A stretch of 64,000 nucleotides of DNA, taken from the NCBI GenBank assembly GCA_029250225.1, contig JAQWUY010000027.1, forward strand, positions 9,917 through 73,916, given 5' to 3'. Every line of letters begins with the position of its first letter. Positions within the stretch are counted from its first letter, which is position 1. Under the pieces are notes generated by a model. That model did no database searches and was not told where the DNA came from. It saw only the letters and a list, made by a program, of their open reading frames with translations. Shown piece by piece: positions 41,840 through 51,369 of the stretch. Source of the DNA: Alphaproteobacteria bacterium. GTDB taxonomy: Bacteria; Pseudomonadota; Alphaproteobacteria; JAQWUY01. The translations under genes and the position numbers were made by a program.

Positions 41840-42538
41840 TTATTCGCTAACAACTCTTGCAAAGCAAACTGCATAAATTTGTTTTGCACCTGAGTTTAAT
41901 AAAGTTTTGCTAAGTTCGTTAATTGTTGCACCAGTTGTATGAACATCATCAACAATTAGAATGTTTTTATTCTTAATATTTGCATTATTTATTACAAACG
42001 CTGATCGAATATTTTTCACCCTAGCAGAAAAAGATTTATTACCTTGTGAAGCCGTATTTTTTATTCGTTTTACGCGAGTATAATCACAAGGTTTATTTAT
42101 ATTTTTTCCGATTATTTTTGCAAGATATGCAGATTGATTATACTTTCTTTTTAACAATCTAAATTTATGTAATGGCACCGGAATTATTAAATCAATATCG
42201 TCAACAAAATCTTGTATAACTTTTGTCATTTCATTTGCCATATACGGGGCTATATGCGTGCCATCTCCGTGTTTAAATTTTAATATTAAAGGTGATGAAT
42301 TATCATTATAAACAACAGCACTACGCAAAATATATTTAGGTTTATTTCTTAAACATACCCCGCAATATTTACCTTTGGTTTTATTTACAAAAGGTTTACC
42401 ACAGCTTTTGCAATTTGGCGCAGTTATGAATGATATATCTTTGAAGCAATCACTACATAAACCGTAATCCATATTAATAGTTTTACATTTCAAACAGGTA
42501 TGAGGAATGATAAAATCAATTATTTTACGCATAAACAT
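41840..42538 (-). CDS. ComF-family phosphoribosyltransferase-domain protein
   Basis: 232 aa. It has N-terminal Cys pairs (CLKC...CSDC; CKSC...CGVC) and a C-terminal PRTase motif (ILIVDDVHTTGATI). It shares its stop/start base with the upstream ABC ATPase gene. Confidence 0.6.
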   Translation of the reverse strand: MFMRKIIDFIIPHTCLKCKTINMDYGLCSDCFKDISFITAPNCKSCGKPFVNKTKGKYCGVCLRNKPKYILRSAVVYNDNSSPLILKFKHGDGTHIAPYMANEMTKVIQDFVDDIDLIIPVPLHKFRLLKRKYNQSAYLAKIIGKNINKPCDYTRVKRIKNTASQGNKSFSARVKNIRSAFVINNANIKNKNILIVDDVHTTGATINELSKTLLNSGAKQIYAVCFARVVSE

Positions 42539-43818
42539 TACAACTTAATAACCTTGTGTGATATGGATTGAATCGCTTCATAATCGTGACTAGCAAAAAT
42601 AATTGCGGTGTTAAATTTTGCTTGTAAATCATATATTAGTTTTAAAATCATATTCTTATTATAACTATCTAGCGCCGAAGTTATTTCATCTGCTAAAATC
42701 AAATCCGGATTAGAAATAAAAGCACGGCCAATGCTTATCCTTTGACATTCACCGCCTGCAAATTGATTTGGTTTATCAAATATTCTACTTTCATCGATTC
42801 CAACTTTATTTAATATTTTTATTACTTTTTGTTTTTTTTCCTCAGCACTATATTTATTACCCAATGGTTCAGATACAATATCAAGAATTGTTAATTTTGG
42901 ATTTAATGCACCCCTTGCATCTTGGAAAATCATTTGTATATTATCTGATTTTTTAATTGTTCCAGAAATAGGGTTTAACTGTCCCATAATTCCCCTAAAT
43001 ATAGTTGATTTACCTATACCACTTTCCCCGAACAATCCGACGCATTCACCCAAGGATACATTAAAAGATAAATCTTTTATTACAGGTTTATTATTATATC
43101 CTAGTGCAACATTTTTAAGAGTTGTTATTATATCACCGGTTTTATTTTTATTTTTTTTAATTGGTATTAGCTGTAATAAATCTTTGCCTTGTTTAGTACT
43201 CGGAGATTTAAAAAATCTTTTTGTGTCCGTATATTCAGATATCGTGCCATTATTAATATGAATTATTTTATTAGTAATTTTTTCCATTAATTTCATATCG
43301 TGACTTACCCAAATTAAAATACAATCAGTTTTTTGCGCATATGATAATAATTCTTTTACAACTAGTTGCGTATTTTTTTCATCAAGGTTTGCGGTTGGTT
43401 CATCTAGTAATAAGATATTCGGCTCGCGGTGTAAATTAATAGCTAAACTTGCTCGCATTTGTTGCCCGCCACTTATTAAATCAACATATGATTTTTTATA
43501 ATCATCTAGACCTAATTTACTTAATAATTTTTTTGCTAATTTTAATTTACCAACCCCATCGCAAACCTGAGTGATAATTTTATAATTCGGAGCTATGCTG
43601 TTTTTTGCATTTTGGTATAAAAAACCTAGCTTGCCTGAATACTCTATTTTACCAGTTGCTTTTTTATCAATATTTACAATAGATTTTAACAGGCTAGTTT
43701 TTCCTGAGCCTGAATAACCAACCACACCTATTATATCGCCTTTGTTTGCAGAAAACGAAATATCTTTTAATAATTGTTTATTATTAATACATAATGATAA
43801 ATTATCTACTGTTATCAT
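42538..43818 (-). CDS. ABC transporter ATP-binding protein with two fused nucleotide-binding domains (NikD-NikE/DppD-DppF-like)
   Basis: 426 aa. It has two Walker A motifs (GYSGSGKTS; GESGIGKST), two ABC signatures (LISGGQQMR; FAGGECQR) and two Walker B motifs (LLLDEP; ILADEI). Confidence 0.8.
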   Translation of the reverse strand: MITVDNLSLCINNKQLLKDISFSANKGDIIGVVGYSGSGKTSLLKSIVNIDKKATGKIEYSGKLGFLYQNAKNSIAPNYKIITQVCDGVGKLKLAKKLLSKLGLDDYKKSYVDLISGGQQMRASLAINLHREPNILLLDEPTANLDEKNTQLVVKELLSYAQKTDCILIWVSHDMKLMEKITNKIIHINNGTISEYTDTKRFFKSPSTKQGKDLLQLIPIKKNKNKTGDIITTLKNVALGYNNKPVIKDLSFNVSLGECVGLFGESGIGKSTIFRGIMGQLNPISGTIKKSDNIQMIFQDARGALNPKLTILDIVSEPLGNKYSAEEKKQKVIKILNKVGIDESRIFDKPNQFAGGECQRISIGRAFISNPDLILADEITSALDSYNKNMILKLIYDLQAKFNTAIIFASHDYEAIQSISHKVIKL

Positions 43819-44584
43819 TTTTTATTCTTTCGCTATATTTAATAAATGAAAATGTTGTCAAGACCATTGCAACACCAACCGGAATTGCAAAATACGGATC
43901 AATAAACCAAGAATTTTGCACATCAAGCATCATCGACCCCCAAGTTGGTTCAGAACTATCAACAGATAATCCCAAGTATCCCAAACCTGCTTCGGATACA
44001 ATAGCAATGGCAAATTGAATTGTACATTGTGCCAAGATAATATGATAAATATTAGGTATAATATGTACAAACATTATTTGATATTTTGACAACCCACTTA
44101 ATCGTGCCGATGCAACAAAATCTGATTGCCATACACTGCGAGAAGATAAATAGATAACACGATAAAAAACAGGTATAAAAAATATTCCTATGCTAATAAT
44201 TGCAATTTGTATTGATGGGCCAAATATAGCAACTAATATCAAAGCAACTAATACCTTGGGAAATACAAATAATATATCGATGCCTCCGCTTACAACATAT
44301 CGCCAATTAGTTTTTTTTCTGCTCATTAACAATGCTAAAAAACCACCTATTAGCAAACTTATTAATATACTAGAAATGCCAATTATACCAACATTATAAG
44401 AACCTCTTATCATACGGAAAAAAATATCTCGTCCTAAGAAATCAGTGCCAAATAAATGATTAACACTTACAGAGGCTGAACGATTTAACATATCCATATC
44501 ATTATAATATTGACTGGGTAATAATGCACCGACTAACATACTAATAAAAAACATTATTATAATATATTTATAAATTTTATGCAT
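43802..44584 (-). CDS. ABC transporter permease (NikC/DppC/OppC family)
   Basis: 260 aa. It has the N-terminal HLFGTDFLGRDIFFRMIRGS signature of the DppC/NikC permease family and six TM segments. Confidence 0.8.
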   Translation of the reverse strand: MHKIYKYIIIMFFISMLVGALLPSQYYNDMDMLNRSASVSVNHLFGTDFLGRDIFFRMIRGSYNVGIIGISSILISLLIGGFLALLMSRKKTNWRYVVSGGIDILFVFPKVLVALILVAIFGPSIQIAIISIGIFFIPVFYRVIYLSSRSVWQSDFVASARLSGLSKYQIMFVHIIPNIYHIILAQCTIQFAIAIVSEAGLGYLGLSVDSSEPTWGSMMLDVQNSWFIDPYFAIPVGVAMVLTTFSFIKYSERIKNDNSR

Positions 44585-45500
44585 TGTATCCCTTTCGTAA
44601 AGAAGGGGTAATAATGTAGGCTATAAAATCAACAATACTATTAATCAAAATTATAAACAAAGCACTTTTCATTACAATATATCCGGCTAAAAATACATCT
44701 CGTTTTAATATTGCTTGGTATAATAAATCACCAATACCTGGCATTGCAAAAATATGTTCAACAACGACAATGCCGGTGAATAAAAAACCTATTTGCAAAC
44801 CAATAATACTAAGTAAAGAACCACTAATTGCAGGTAACCCGTATTTTAATAAAACATGTACTTTCGAAAAACCTACCACTTGATAAAAATGAATAAAATC
44901 TGAATTTTGAATTTCTAGTAATCCAACCCTTACATAACGGGCAAAAACACCTGCTTGGCTTATCCCTAGTGCAAGACACGGCATCAAATAGTGTTGCCAC
45001 ATTCCAATCCCTCCGCTAGGTAAAATATTTAATGAAAGTGAAAATATCATTATAAATAATAATGACAACCATACAACGGGAAATGAAATCATTAAAATAA
45101 TTATGTTATTCCAAAATGAATTATTACTTACAACACTAATTATGCCTAATAACAAGCCCAATGAAATTGATATTAAAAAAGCAAATAATGCAATTGGTGC
45201 AGAAATTACAATTCTTTCATTTACTATGTCAATAACTGGAACTTCAAAAATCAAACTATTACCAAAATTACCTTGGGCGACGGCATTAAACCACCAAAAA
45301 AATCTTGATATAACAGATTGATTTAACCCCATCTGATTTCGGATTTGTTGCGCATCACCTTCCGTGCCGGCTATAATATCGGCTACATCACCCGATAATT
45401 GTTCGATGCCTAAAAATGTAATCAACATTACCACCAATATAGATAATAATAATTTGATTAATATCTTCATTAATCCTTTTATATTACTGCCAATAAACAT
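44577..45500 (-). CDS. ABC transporter permease (NikB/DppB/OppB family)
   Basis: 307 aa polytopic protein with a BPD_transp_1-type core. It overlaps both neighbours. Confidence 0.75.
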   Translation of the reverse strand: MFIGSNIKGLMKILIKLLLSILVVMLITFLGIEQLSGDVADIIAGTEGDAQQIRNQMGLNQSVISRFFWWFNAVAQGNFGNSLIFEVPVIDIVNERIVISAPIALFAFLISISLGLLLGIISVVSNNSFWNNIIILMISFPVVWLSLLFIMIFSLSLNILPSGGIGMWQHYLMPCLALGISQAGVFARYVRVGLLEIQNSDFIHFYQVVGFSKVHVLLKYGLPAISGSLLSIIGLQIGFLFTGIVVVEHIFAMPGIGDLLYQAILKRDVFLAGYIVMKSALFIILINSIVDFIAYIITPSLRKGYNA

Positions 45501-46932
45501 CTTTTAAAATATTTCCTGCTACTGGATAGTTTTTCCACATTCCAGATAATTTTTTATTCCAAACTCCGATTTTAGGTGCCTGATACAACCAAACATTTAC
45601 CGCATCATCAGATAATGTAACTTGGATTTTCTGCAACAATTGAAGTCTTTTATTTTTATTTATTTCTGTTTTTAATTTTTTAATTAAATCTTGGTAATGT
45701 GAATTATTGTAACCAAAATAATAATTTTTACGGGCATAAATACCATAATCTTTTGGTTCTAGGTGAGCAATTATTGTAATATCATAATCATATTTTTTAT
45801 ATGTTTGCGATAACCAAGTCCCCCAATCAACATTTTTCATTTTTACCTTAATGCCTACTTTACGCAAATAACTAGCAATCACATCAGCAGATGTTTTATA
45901 TGATGGTGGAACCGTAAATTCTAGTGTCATATTATCCGCTCCGGCTTGTTTTAATAATTTTTTTGCTAGTCCTGCATTATATGGATATTTATTAGACAAA
46001 TCAACATAGCCCTCTGCGTGTGGTGGATAATGCGAACCGATAGGTTTTGCCGAAGGCGAGACAATACTTATAAGGCTTTTTTTATCGATTGCATAATTTA
46101 ATGCTTTTCTTACTTGTGGATTTGATAAAAACTTATGCCTATTATTTAATGCTAGTAATACTTCCCCTTCTGTCGAACCGAAAACAACATTAAATCTATC
46201 TTTTTTAAATGCAGGTAATGTCATCACATCTTGATAAACAGGGAAGCCGTCAATTTCACCACTTAATATCGCAGATGATGCAGATAATGAGTCACTGATA
46301 AAGCGGAATTTTGCTGATTTAAGTTTTGCTGGTTTAGAGTGGTATTTTTCAAAACGATTAATTTTAACAAAATACCCTTTTTTCATTGAATCAAAAATAA
46401 ACGGCCCTGTGCCAATTGGATTGTTTTTGTTATTTTTATATGAACGATGATTAAATATCACCGCTTCTGGACGAGCTAAATCGTAAATCAAAGAGTCGCT
46501 AGATGATTTTAATAATACAACAACTGTATTATTATCAACTTTAAAAATTGTTTTCACATTATCAAGCAAAGACTTCCTAGGGTTAATAGAATCCTTGTTA
46601 AAAATTCTAGATATTGAAAATACAATATCATCAGCACTTAACTTATCACCATTGTGAAAATAAACATTATCTTTAATATAAAATGTATACTTTTTAAAAT
46701 CTTTTGAAATTTTGTAATCTTTTACTAATAAGTTTTTTACACCGCCACTTTCAGTAATCTGAAACAATCCTTCAAAAATGTTGCCGTAAACAACCTCATC
46801 TATTGCACTAGCCGAATTTATAGTAGGGTCAAGATGCGGAGGTTCCAACTTCATACCTATTGTTATATTATCTTTTGCCAAGGCAACAGAACTTATAAAA
46901 ATAGAAATAAGTAATATTATAATTTTCTTCAC
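45484..46932 (-). CDS. ABC transporter substrate-binding protein, family 5 (peptide/nickel/cobalt-type, NikA/DppA-like)
   Basis: 482 aa. It has a signal peptide (MKKIIILLISIFISSVALA) and an SBP_bac_5-like N-terminal region (MKLEPPHLDPTINSASAIDEVVYGNIFEGLF). Confidence 0.75.
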   Translation of the reverse strand: MKKIIILLISIFISSVALAKDNITIGMKLEPPHLDPTINSASAIDEVVYGNIFEGLFQITESGGVKNLLVKDYKISKDFKKYTFYIKDNVYFHNGDKLSADDIVFSISRIFNKDSINPRKSLLDNVKTIFKVDNNTVVVLLKSSSDSLIYDLARPEAVIFNHRSYKNNKNNPIGTGPFIFDSMKKGYFVKINRFEKYHSKPAKLKSAKFRFISDSLSASSAILSGEIDGFPVYQDVMTLPAFKKDRFNVVFGSTEGEVLLALNNRHKFLSNPQVRKALNYAIDKKSLISIVSPSAKPIGSHYPPHAEGYVDLSNKYPYNAGLAKKLLKQAGADNMTLEFTVPPSYKTSADVIASYLRKVGIKVKMKNVDWGTWLSQTYKKYDYDITIIAHLEPKDYGIYARKNYYFGYNNSHYQDLIKKLKTEINKNKRLQLLQKIQVTLSDDAVNVWLYQAPKIGVWNKKLSGMWKNYPVAGNILKDVYWQ

Positions 46933-46995
46933 ATTGACAATTCCTGAAATAAAAAATATGTAGTAATCAATGGTAAAGCTTATATAATAATGGCT

Positions 46996-47709
46996 CTATG
47001 TCAACATAAAACTATTATTTGGCATTATTTCCAAAATATTTTTGCTATTATCTTGTGGGCGATCAAGCATAAATATAGGTATCTTGCGTTTAATGGCAAC
47101 TGCAATTTTATTATAATTCATATCACCGCCTGAATTCTTGCAAACTAAGGCTTGGAAATTATATTTATCGAACAATAATTGCTCGTTATTTATACTATAA
47201 GGCCCTTTATCAACAAGGCATTCACCATTATTTATAGGAATTTTTTTCACAGTTCTAGCAATTACATAACAATTTAAATCATTATAATCACCCATTGATT
47301 TTGCCCCTAGGGTGAAAAACACATTGCCCTTAATGTTGGCTAGTTTTTGTTTTATTTCATTACTATCTTTGCAATTAATCCAATCGTCATCGTTGTTTTT
47401 TTGCCATTCTTTACGAATATAGCGAATTGTTTCAATGTCTAGTTCTTGGCTAACAATGTTAACTGTATTTGTAATATTGCTAGCATATGGGTGTGTTGCA
47501 TTAATTATTTTGGTAATATTATTTTTAATTATATAATTTTTTAAACCATTTATACTATCGTTTTGTTCAGAAAAACCACCTATTCTAACCTGTGCGTTTT
47601 TTGGTGTAGCCGGATTATCCGTTACCCCAGCAATAGAATAAATATATGGTTGAGTTAATTGCTCGCCAATTTTAATAGCATCTCTTGTTCCGCCTAATAA
47701 TAATATCAT
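46996..47709 (-). CDS. cbiJ: cobalt-precorrin-6A / precorrin-6A reductase
   Basis: 237 aa. MILLLGGTRDAIKIGEQL and INATHPYASNIT match the CobK/CbiJ conserved blocks. Confidence 0.8.
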   Translation of the reverse strand: MILLLGGTRDAIKIGEQLTQPYIYSIAGVTDNPATPKNAQVRIGGFSEQNDSINGLKNYIIKNNITKIINATHPYASNITNTVNIVSQELDIETIRYIRKEWQKNNDDDWINCKDSNEIKQKLANIKGNVFFTLGAKSMGDYNDLNCYVIARTVKKIPINNGECLVDKGPYSINNEQLLFDKYNFQALVCKNSGGDMNYNKIAVAIKRKIPIFMLDRPQDNSKNILEIMPNNSFMLT

Positions 47710-47712
47710 ATT

Positions 47713-48786
47713 TTAATCCTTAATATGTGAAATAACATCACCGCTTCTATTTACAATTAATACATTAACTTTCTTGATTTTTTTACCAATTTTTTTAGCC
47801 TGATTTTGCGCACAAATTGCTATGTGATGACCTATGTTTAAACTGGGGCTAATTGTAGTCAAAACTTCCAATGCAGTATTAGCCGTTTTAACAAAATTAA
47901 TTTCATTATCACTACCGCCTATCTGTTCAACAAATTCAGATAATTTTTGAAAATCAACCTGTGATCTAGACGAATGCAAATCACGGTTTCCTTGTGCAAG
48001 TTTTACCATTTTTGCAAACCCGCCTGATATTGTAATTTCCTCAACATTATTATTACTAGCATATTTTAACATACCCCCGACAAAATCACCCATATCTATA
48101 TATGACTCATTTTTCAAACCCAATACTTGCATTGCCTTGTTTTCAGAAGTTTTACCAGTTGAGCCAACCATATGCTGAATATTCATCGCCATCGCCACAT
48201 CTATCCCGCGGTATATTGAATGTATCCACGCACTACACGAATACGGTATAACAACCCCACTTGTGCCAAGTATTGATAATCCATCAGTTATACCTAATCT
48301 AGGGTTCCAAGTTTGCTTAGCCAAATCTTCCCCGTTTTTTATGGATACTTCAACTATCCAATTATTATGCCCTGAAATTGCCACAATGTTTTTTTCTATC
48401 ATTTGGCGAGGTTTTGGGTTTATAGCAGGTTCACCAACATCAAGCGGTAAACCTTTTTTAGTAACTGTTCCTACACCTTTGCCCGCAATAAATTTTATAT
48501 TATTTGCTTTATTCTTCTTTATTTTTACTGTTATTTCACAATTATGAGTAATATCCGGATCATCACCCGCATCTTTGATAGTAGATGCAATTGCTTGATT
48601 TTCATCAAATTCAAAATTAAAAATCTTAAACTCTTTTGCTCCCGCCGGTAAATCAATTGTAATAGTATCAACTTTTTCTTGCTTAATAATCCCGTATACA
48701 CAAGCACTAGAACAAGCTGTGGCACAGGCTCCTGTGGTCCAACCTTTCTTTAATTTTTTTGTATTTATTATTTCTTTTTCACTCAT
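47713..48786 (-). CDS. cbiD: cobalt-precorrin-5B (C1)-methyltransferase
   Basis: 357 aa. The blocks LKKGWTTGACATA, GKGVGTVTKKGLPLDVGEPAINPKPRQMI and NPRLGITDGLSILGTSGVVIPYS closely follow the Salmonella CbiD conserved regions. This enzyme is specific to the anaerobic (early cobalt insertion) route. Confidence 0.85.
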   Translation of the reverse strand: MSEKEIINTKKLKKGWTTGACATACSSACVYGIIKQEKVDTITIDLPAGAKEFKIFNFEFDENQAIASTIKDAGDDPDITHNCEITVKIKKNKANNIKFIAGKGVGTVTKKGLPLDVGEPAINPKPRQMIEKNIVAISGHNNWIVEVSIKNGEDLAKQTWNPRLGITDGLSILGTSGVVIPYSCSAWIHSIYRGIDVAMAMNIQHMVGSTGKTSENKAMQVLGLKNESYIDMGDFVGGMLKYASNNNVEEITISGGFAKMVKLAQGNRDLHSSRSQVDFQKLSEFVEQIGGSDNEINFVKTANTALEVLTTISPSLNIGHHIAICAQNQAKKIGKKIKKVNVLIVNRSGDVISHIKD

Positions 48787-48832
48787 AATAATTTATGTTA
48801 TATGATATTAATGAACAGACGATAACACTTTT

Positions 48833-49654
48833 ATGACAAACATACTAAAACTATTTTCAAAATCCAAGAAAGATTCAAAACATAATCAAAATTTTGATAG
48901 CTTTTCCCCGACTTTTGAAAAAGGTACAGTTTGGATTGCTGGTTCTGGGCCTGGTGATGTTGGCTTGCTAACAATTAATGTTTTTAATGCATTAAAAAAT
49001 GCCGATATAATCGTTTACGATGCATTAGTTAATAAAGAAATCCTAGATCTAGCAAACCATAAATGCGAAAAAGTATATGCCGGTAAACGAGGTGGCAAAC
49101 CAAGCACAAAACAAAAAGATATATGTGATATATTAATTAAGTTCGCAAAATCTGGCAAGCGAGTACTAAGATTAAAAGGCGGTGACCCTTTTGTTTTTGG
49201 TCGCGGTGGCGAAGAGGCGATAGCATTAAAACGAAATAATATTAATTTTCGCATAATACCTGGAATTACCGCAGGTATTGGCGGTATGGCATATGCAGGA
49301 ATTCCCGCCACACACCGTGAAACAAATTACACTATAACTTTTGTAACTGGACACGCAAGTTCAGGGGAAATTCCTGATAATATATGTTGGAAATCATTAT
49401 CAGCTCCATCACAAGTACTAGTATTATATATGGCATTAAAACATATTGATAATATTACAAACAAATTAATAAATTCTGGTAAAGATAAAAACACACCTGT
49501 TGCTATTGTACAAAATGCAACAATGAAAAATATGAAAATTCAAACTGGTAAATTATCTGAACTAATTGAGATTGCTAAAAACTTTGAACCGCCGGCTATT
49601 GTTGTCATAGGCGAAGTGGTTAATTTACAAGAAACATTAAATTGGCTTAAATAA
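48833..49654 (+). CDS. cobA: uroporphyrinogen-III C-methyltransferase (SUMT)
   Basis: 273 aa. VWIAGSGPGDVGLLTINVFNALKNADIIVYDALV is the class III tetrapyrrole methylase N-terminal signature, and VLRLKGGDPFVFGRGGEE is the second motif. Confidence 0.85.
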   Translation: MTNILKLFSKSKKDSKHNQNFDSFSPTFEKGTVWIAGSGPGDVGLLTINVFNALKNADIIVYDALVNKEILDLANHKCEKVYAGKRGGKPSTKQKDICDILIKFAKSGKRVLRLKGGDPFVFGRGGEEAIALKRNNINFRIIPGITAGIGGMAYAGIPATHRETNYTITFVTGHASSGEIPDNICWKSLSAPSQVLVLYMALKHIDNITNKLINSGKDKNTPVAIVQNATMKNMKIQTGKLSELIEIAKNFEPPAIVVIGEVVNLQETLNWLK

Positions 49655-49655
49655 A

Positions 49656-50963
49656 ATGACAAGTGTTCTTATTGCTGGGGCTTCAACAAATAGCGGTAAA
49701 ACAATTATTACCGCATCGATATTAAGAGCATTAAAAAATCGTGGCTTAAATGTTCGTGGTGGTAAAATCGGGCCTGATTATATCGACCCGAAATTTCACG
49801 CTATCGCTAGTGATAGTTTTTCATTAAATGTCGATGCTTGGGCAATGAATGACAATACTTTACACCGCAACCTAGCAACAATGGAACAAGATTCAGATAT
49901 TACAATAATTGAAGGAGTAATGGGATTATTTGATGGGGCTAGTGATGGTAGCGCTTCATCAGCAGAAGTTGCTAAAAAAATGGGCTTGCCTATTATTCTT
50001 TGTCTTGATGTGTGGGGGCAAAGTCAATCAATATCTGCTATTGTAAATGGCTTTGATACATTGGACAAAGACATTAAAATATCTGGAATAATATTAACTA
50101 GAATTGGCACCGAAAAACATTTAAAAATATTAAAACAATCATTACAAAAATATATCCCGCATATTCCACTAATCGGCACAATATTTCGTAATGAAATATT
50201 TGAACTAGAATCAAGACATCTTGGATTAGTACACCCATCATCGGAAAATGATAAAACATTAAATAAATTGCTAGATAAAACCGCTAATATTATTTCACAA
50301 CAAGTTGATTTAGATAAATTAATTAGCATAGGTAAAAAATCAAAAGCCATAACAAATGATAAAATTGCAATACCTAAGTTTAGTAATCATATCGCTGTGT
50401 CATATGATAAAGCGTTTAGTTTTTGCTACCCACATATTATAAACAGTTGGAAAAAAGAAGGAGCTGAGATTTCATTCTTTTCCCCACTAAATGATGAAGC
50501 ACCAGATGAAAACGCATCTTCAATTTATTTATGCGGTGGCTATCCTGAATTATACTGTGAAACCCTTGCCAAGAATAAAATATTTAAATTAGGAATGTTA
50601 AAACACGCCGAAAAAGGAACATTTATATTTGGTGAATGTGGGGGGTTTATGACACTCGGTAAATCAATCACCGATAAAAATAATGTTGAACATAAAATGC
50701 TAGGGTTGCTAGATTTAAAAACATCGTTCGCTAAGAAAAAATTACATTTATCTTATCAGAATATTAAATTATTAAAAGAGTGTAACCTAGGCACAAAAAA
50801 TTCATTATTCAAAGGACACGAATTTCACTATGCAACAATCACACATCAATCAGGTGAACCTTTGTTTGAAGTTAATAATGCTTGTAACAGTAAAAATGAA
50901 ATAGTAGGGCTGGTAAATAATAATGTAATTGGTTCATTTATTCATTTAATTGATAAAATTTAA
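49656..50963 (+). CDS. cbiA: cobyrinate a,c-diamide synthase
   Basis: 435 aa. The N-terminal AAA_26/CobB ATP-binding region is VLIAGASTNSGKTIITASILRAL, and the C-terminal GATase domain contains GECGGFMTLG. The start overlaps the cobA stop. Confidence 0.8.
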   Translation: MTSVLIAGASTNSGKTIITASILRALKNRGLNVRGGKIGPDYIDPKFHAIASDSFSLNVDAWAMNDNTLHRNLATMEQDSDITIIEGVMGLFDGASDGSASSAEVAKKMGLPIILCLDVWGQSQSISAIVNGFDTLDKDIKISGIILTRIGTEKHLKILKQSLQKYIPHIPLIGTIFRNEIFELESRHLGLVHPSSENDKTLNKLLDKTANIISQQVDLDKLISIGKKSKAITNDKIAIPKFSNHIAVSYDKAFSFCYPHIINSWKKEGAEISFFSPLNDEAPDENASSIYLCGGYPELYCETLAKNKIFKLGMLKHAEKGTFIFGECGGFMTLGKSITDKNNVEHKMLGLLDLKTSFAKKKLHLSYQNIKLLKECNLGTKNSLFKGHEFHYATITHQSGEPLFEVNNACNSKNEIVGLVNNNVIGSFIHLIDKI

Positions 50964-51009
50964 GATAAATTATTGTCAATAAAAAATATAATATAGTATA
51001 TTTAAAATT

Positions 51010-51330
51010 ATGACAACAATAGCAACAAAATTAATTATAGATTCCGTGGTAAAAAAATTTAACGATATAGGTAAATCCCTTTATGTAATCCATAGCGGAG
51101 ATAATAACCGTGGGTTGTTATACATAAAAACTAACTCAAAAAGTACAAACAAATATACTTTACATTATCGCGAATACGAATACCAAAGTGATAATTATAA
51201 ATGGGTAGTAATTGATAATTTATCTGAACAAGAAGTTGATACAAAGTTAAATAAATATAAACAAGAGGATAACGATTGTTGGTGCATTGAAATCGATGAC
51301 AACATAAATCCATTTGCTAGTATTTTATAA
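51010..51330 (+). CDS. hypothetical protein
   Basis: 106 aa with no recognisable family. It is followed by a hairpin shared with the convergent downstream gene. Confidence 0.45.
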   Translation: MTTIATKLIIDSVVKKFNDIGKSLYVIHSGDNNRGLLYIKTNSKSTNKYTLHYREYEYQSDNYKWVVIDNLSEQEVDTKLNKYKQEDNDCWCIEIDDNINPFASIL

Positions 51331-51334
51331 AAAA

Positions 51335-51352
51335 TGGGGGATTTTACCCCCA
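51335..51352. terminator. bidirectional hairpin terminator between convergent orphan genes
   Basis: The stem TGGGGG/CCCCCA has loop ATTTTA. It is flanked by AAAAA on one side, which gives a U-tract on the minus strand, and by AAATTT on the other. Confidence 0.55.
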
Positions 51353-51369
51353 AATTTATAATATTAAAA

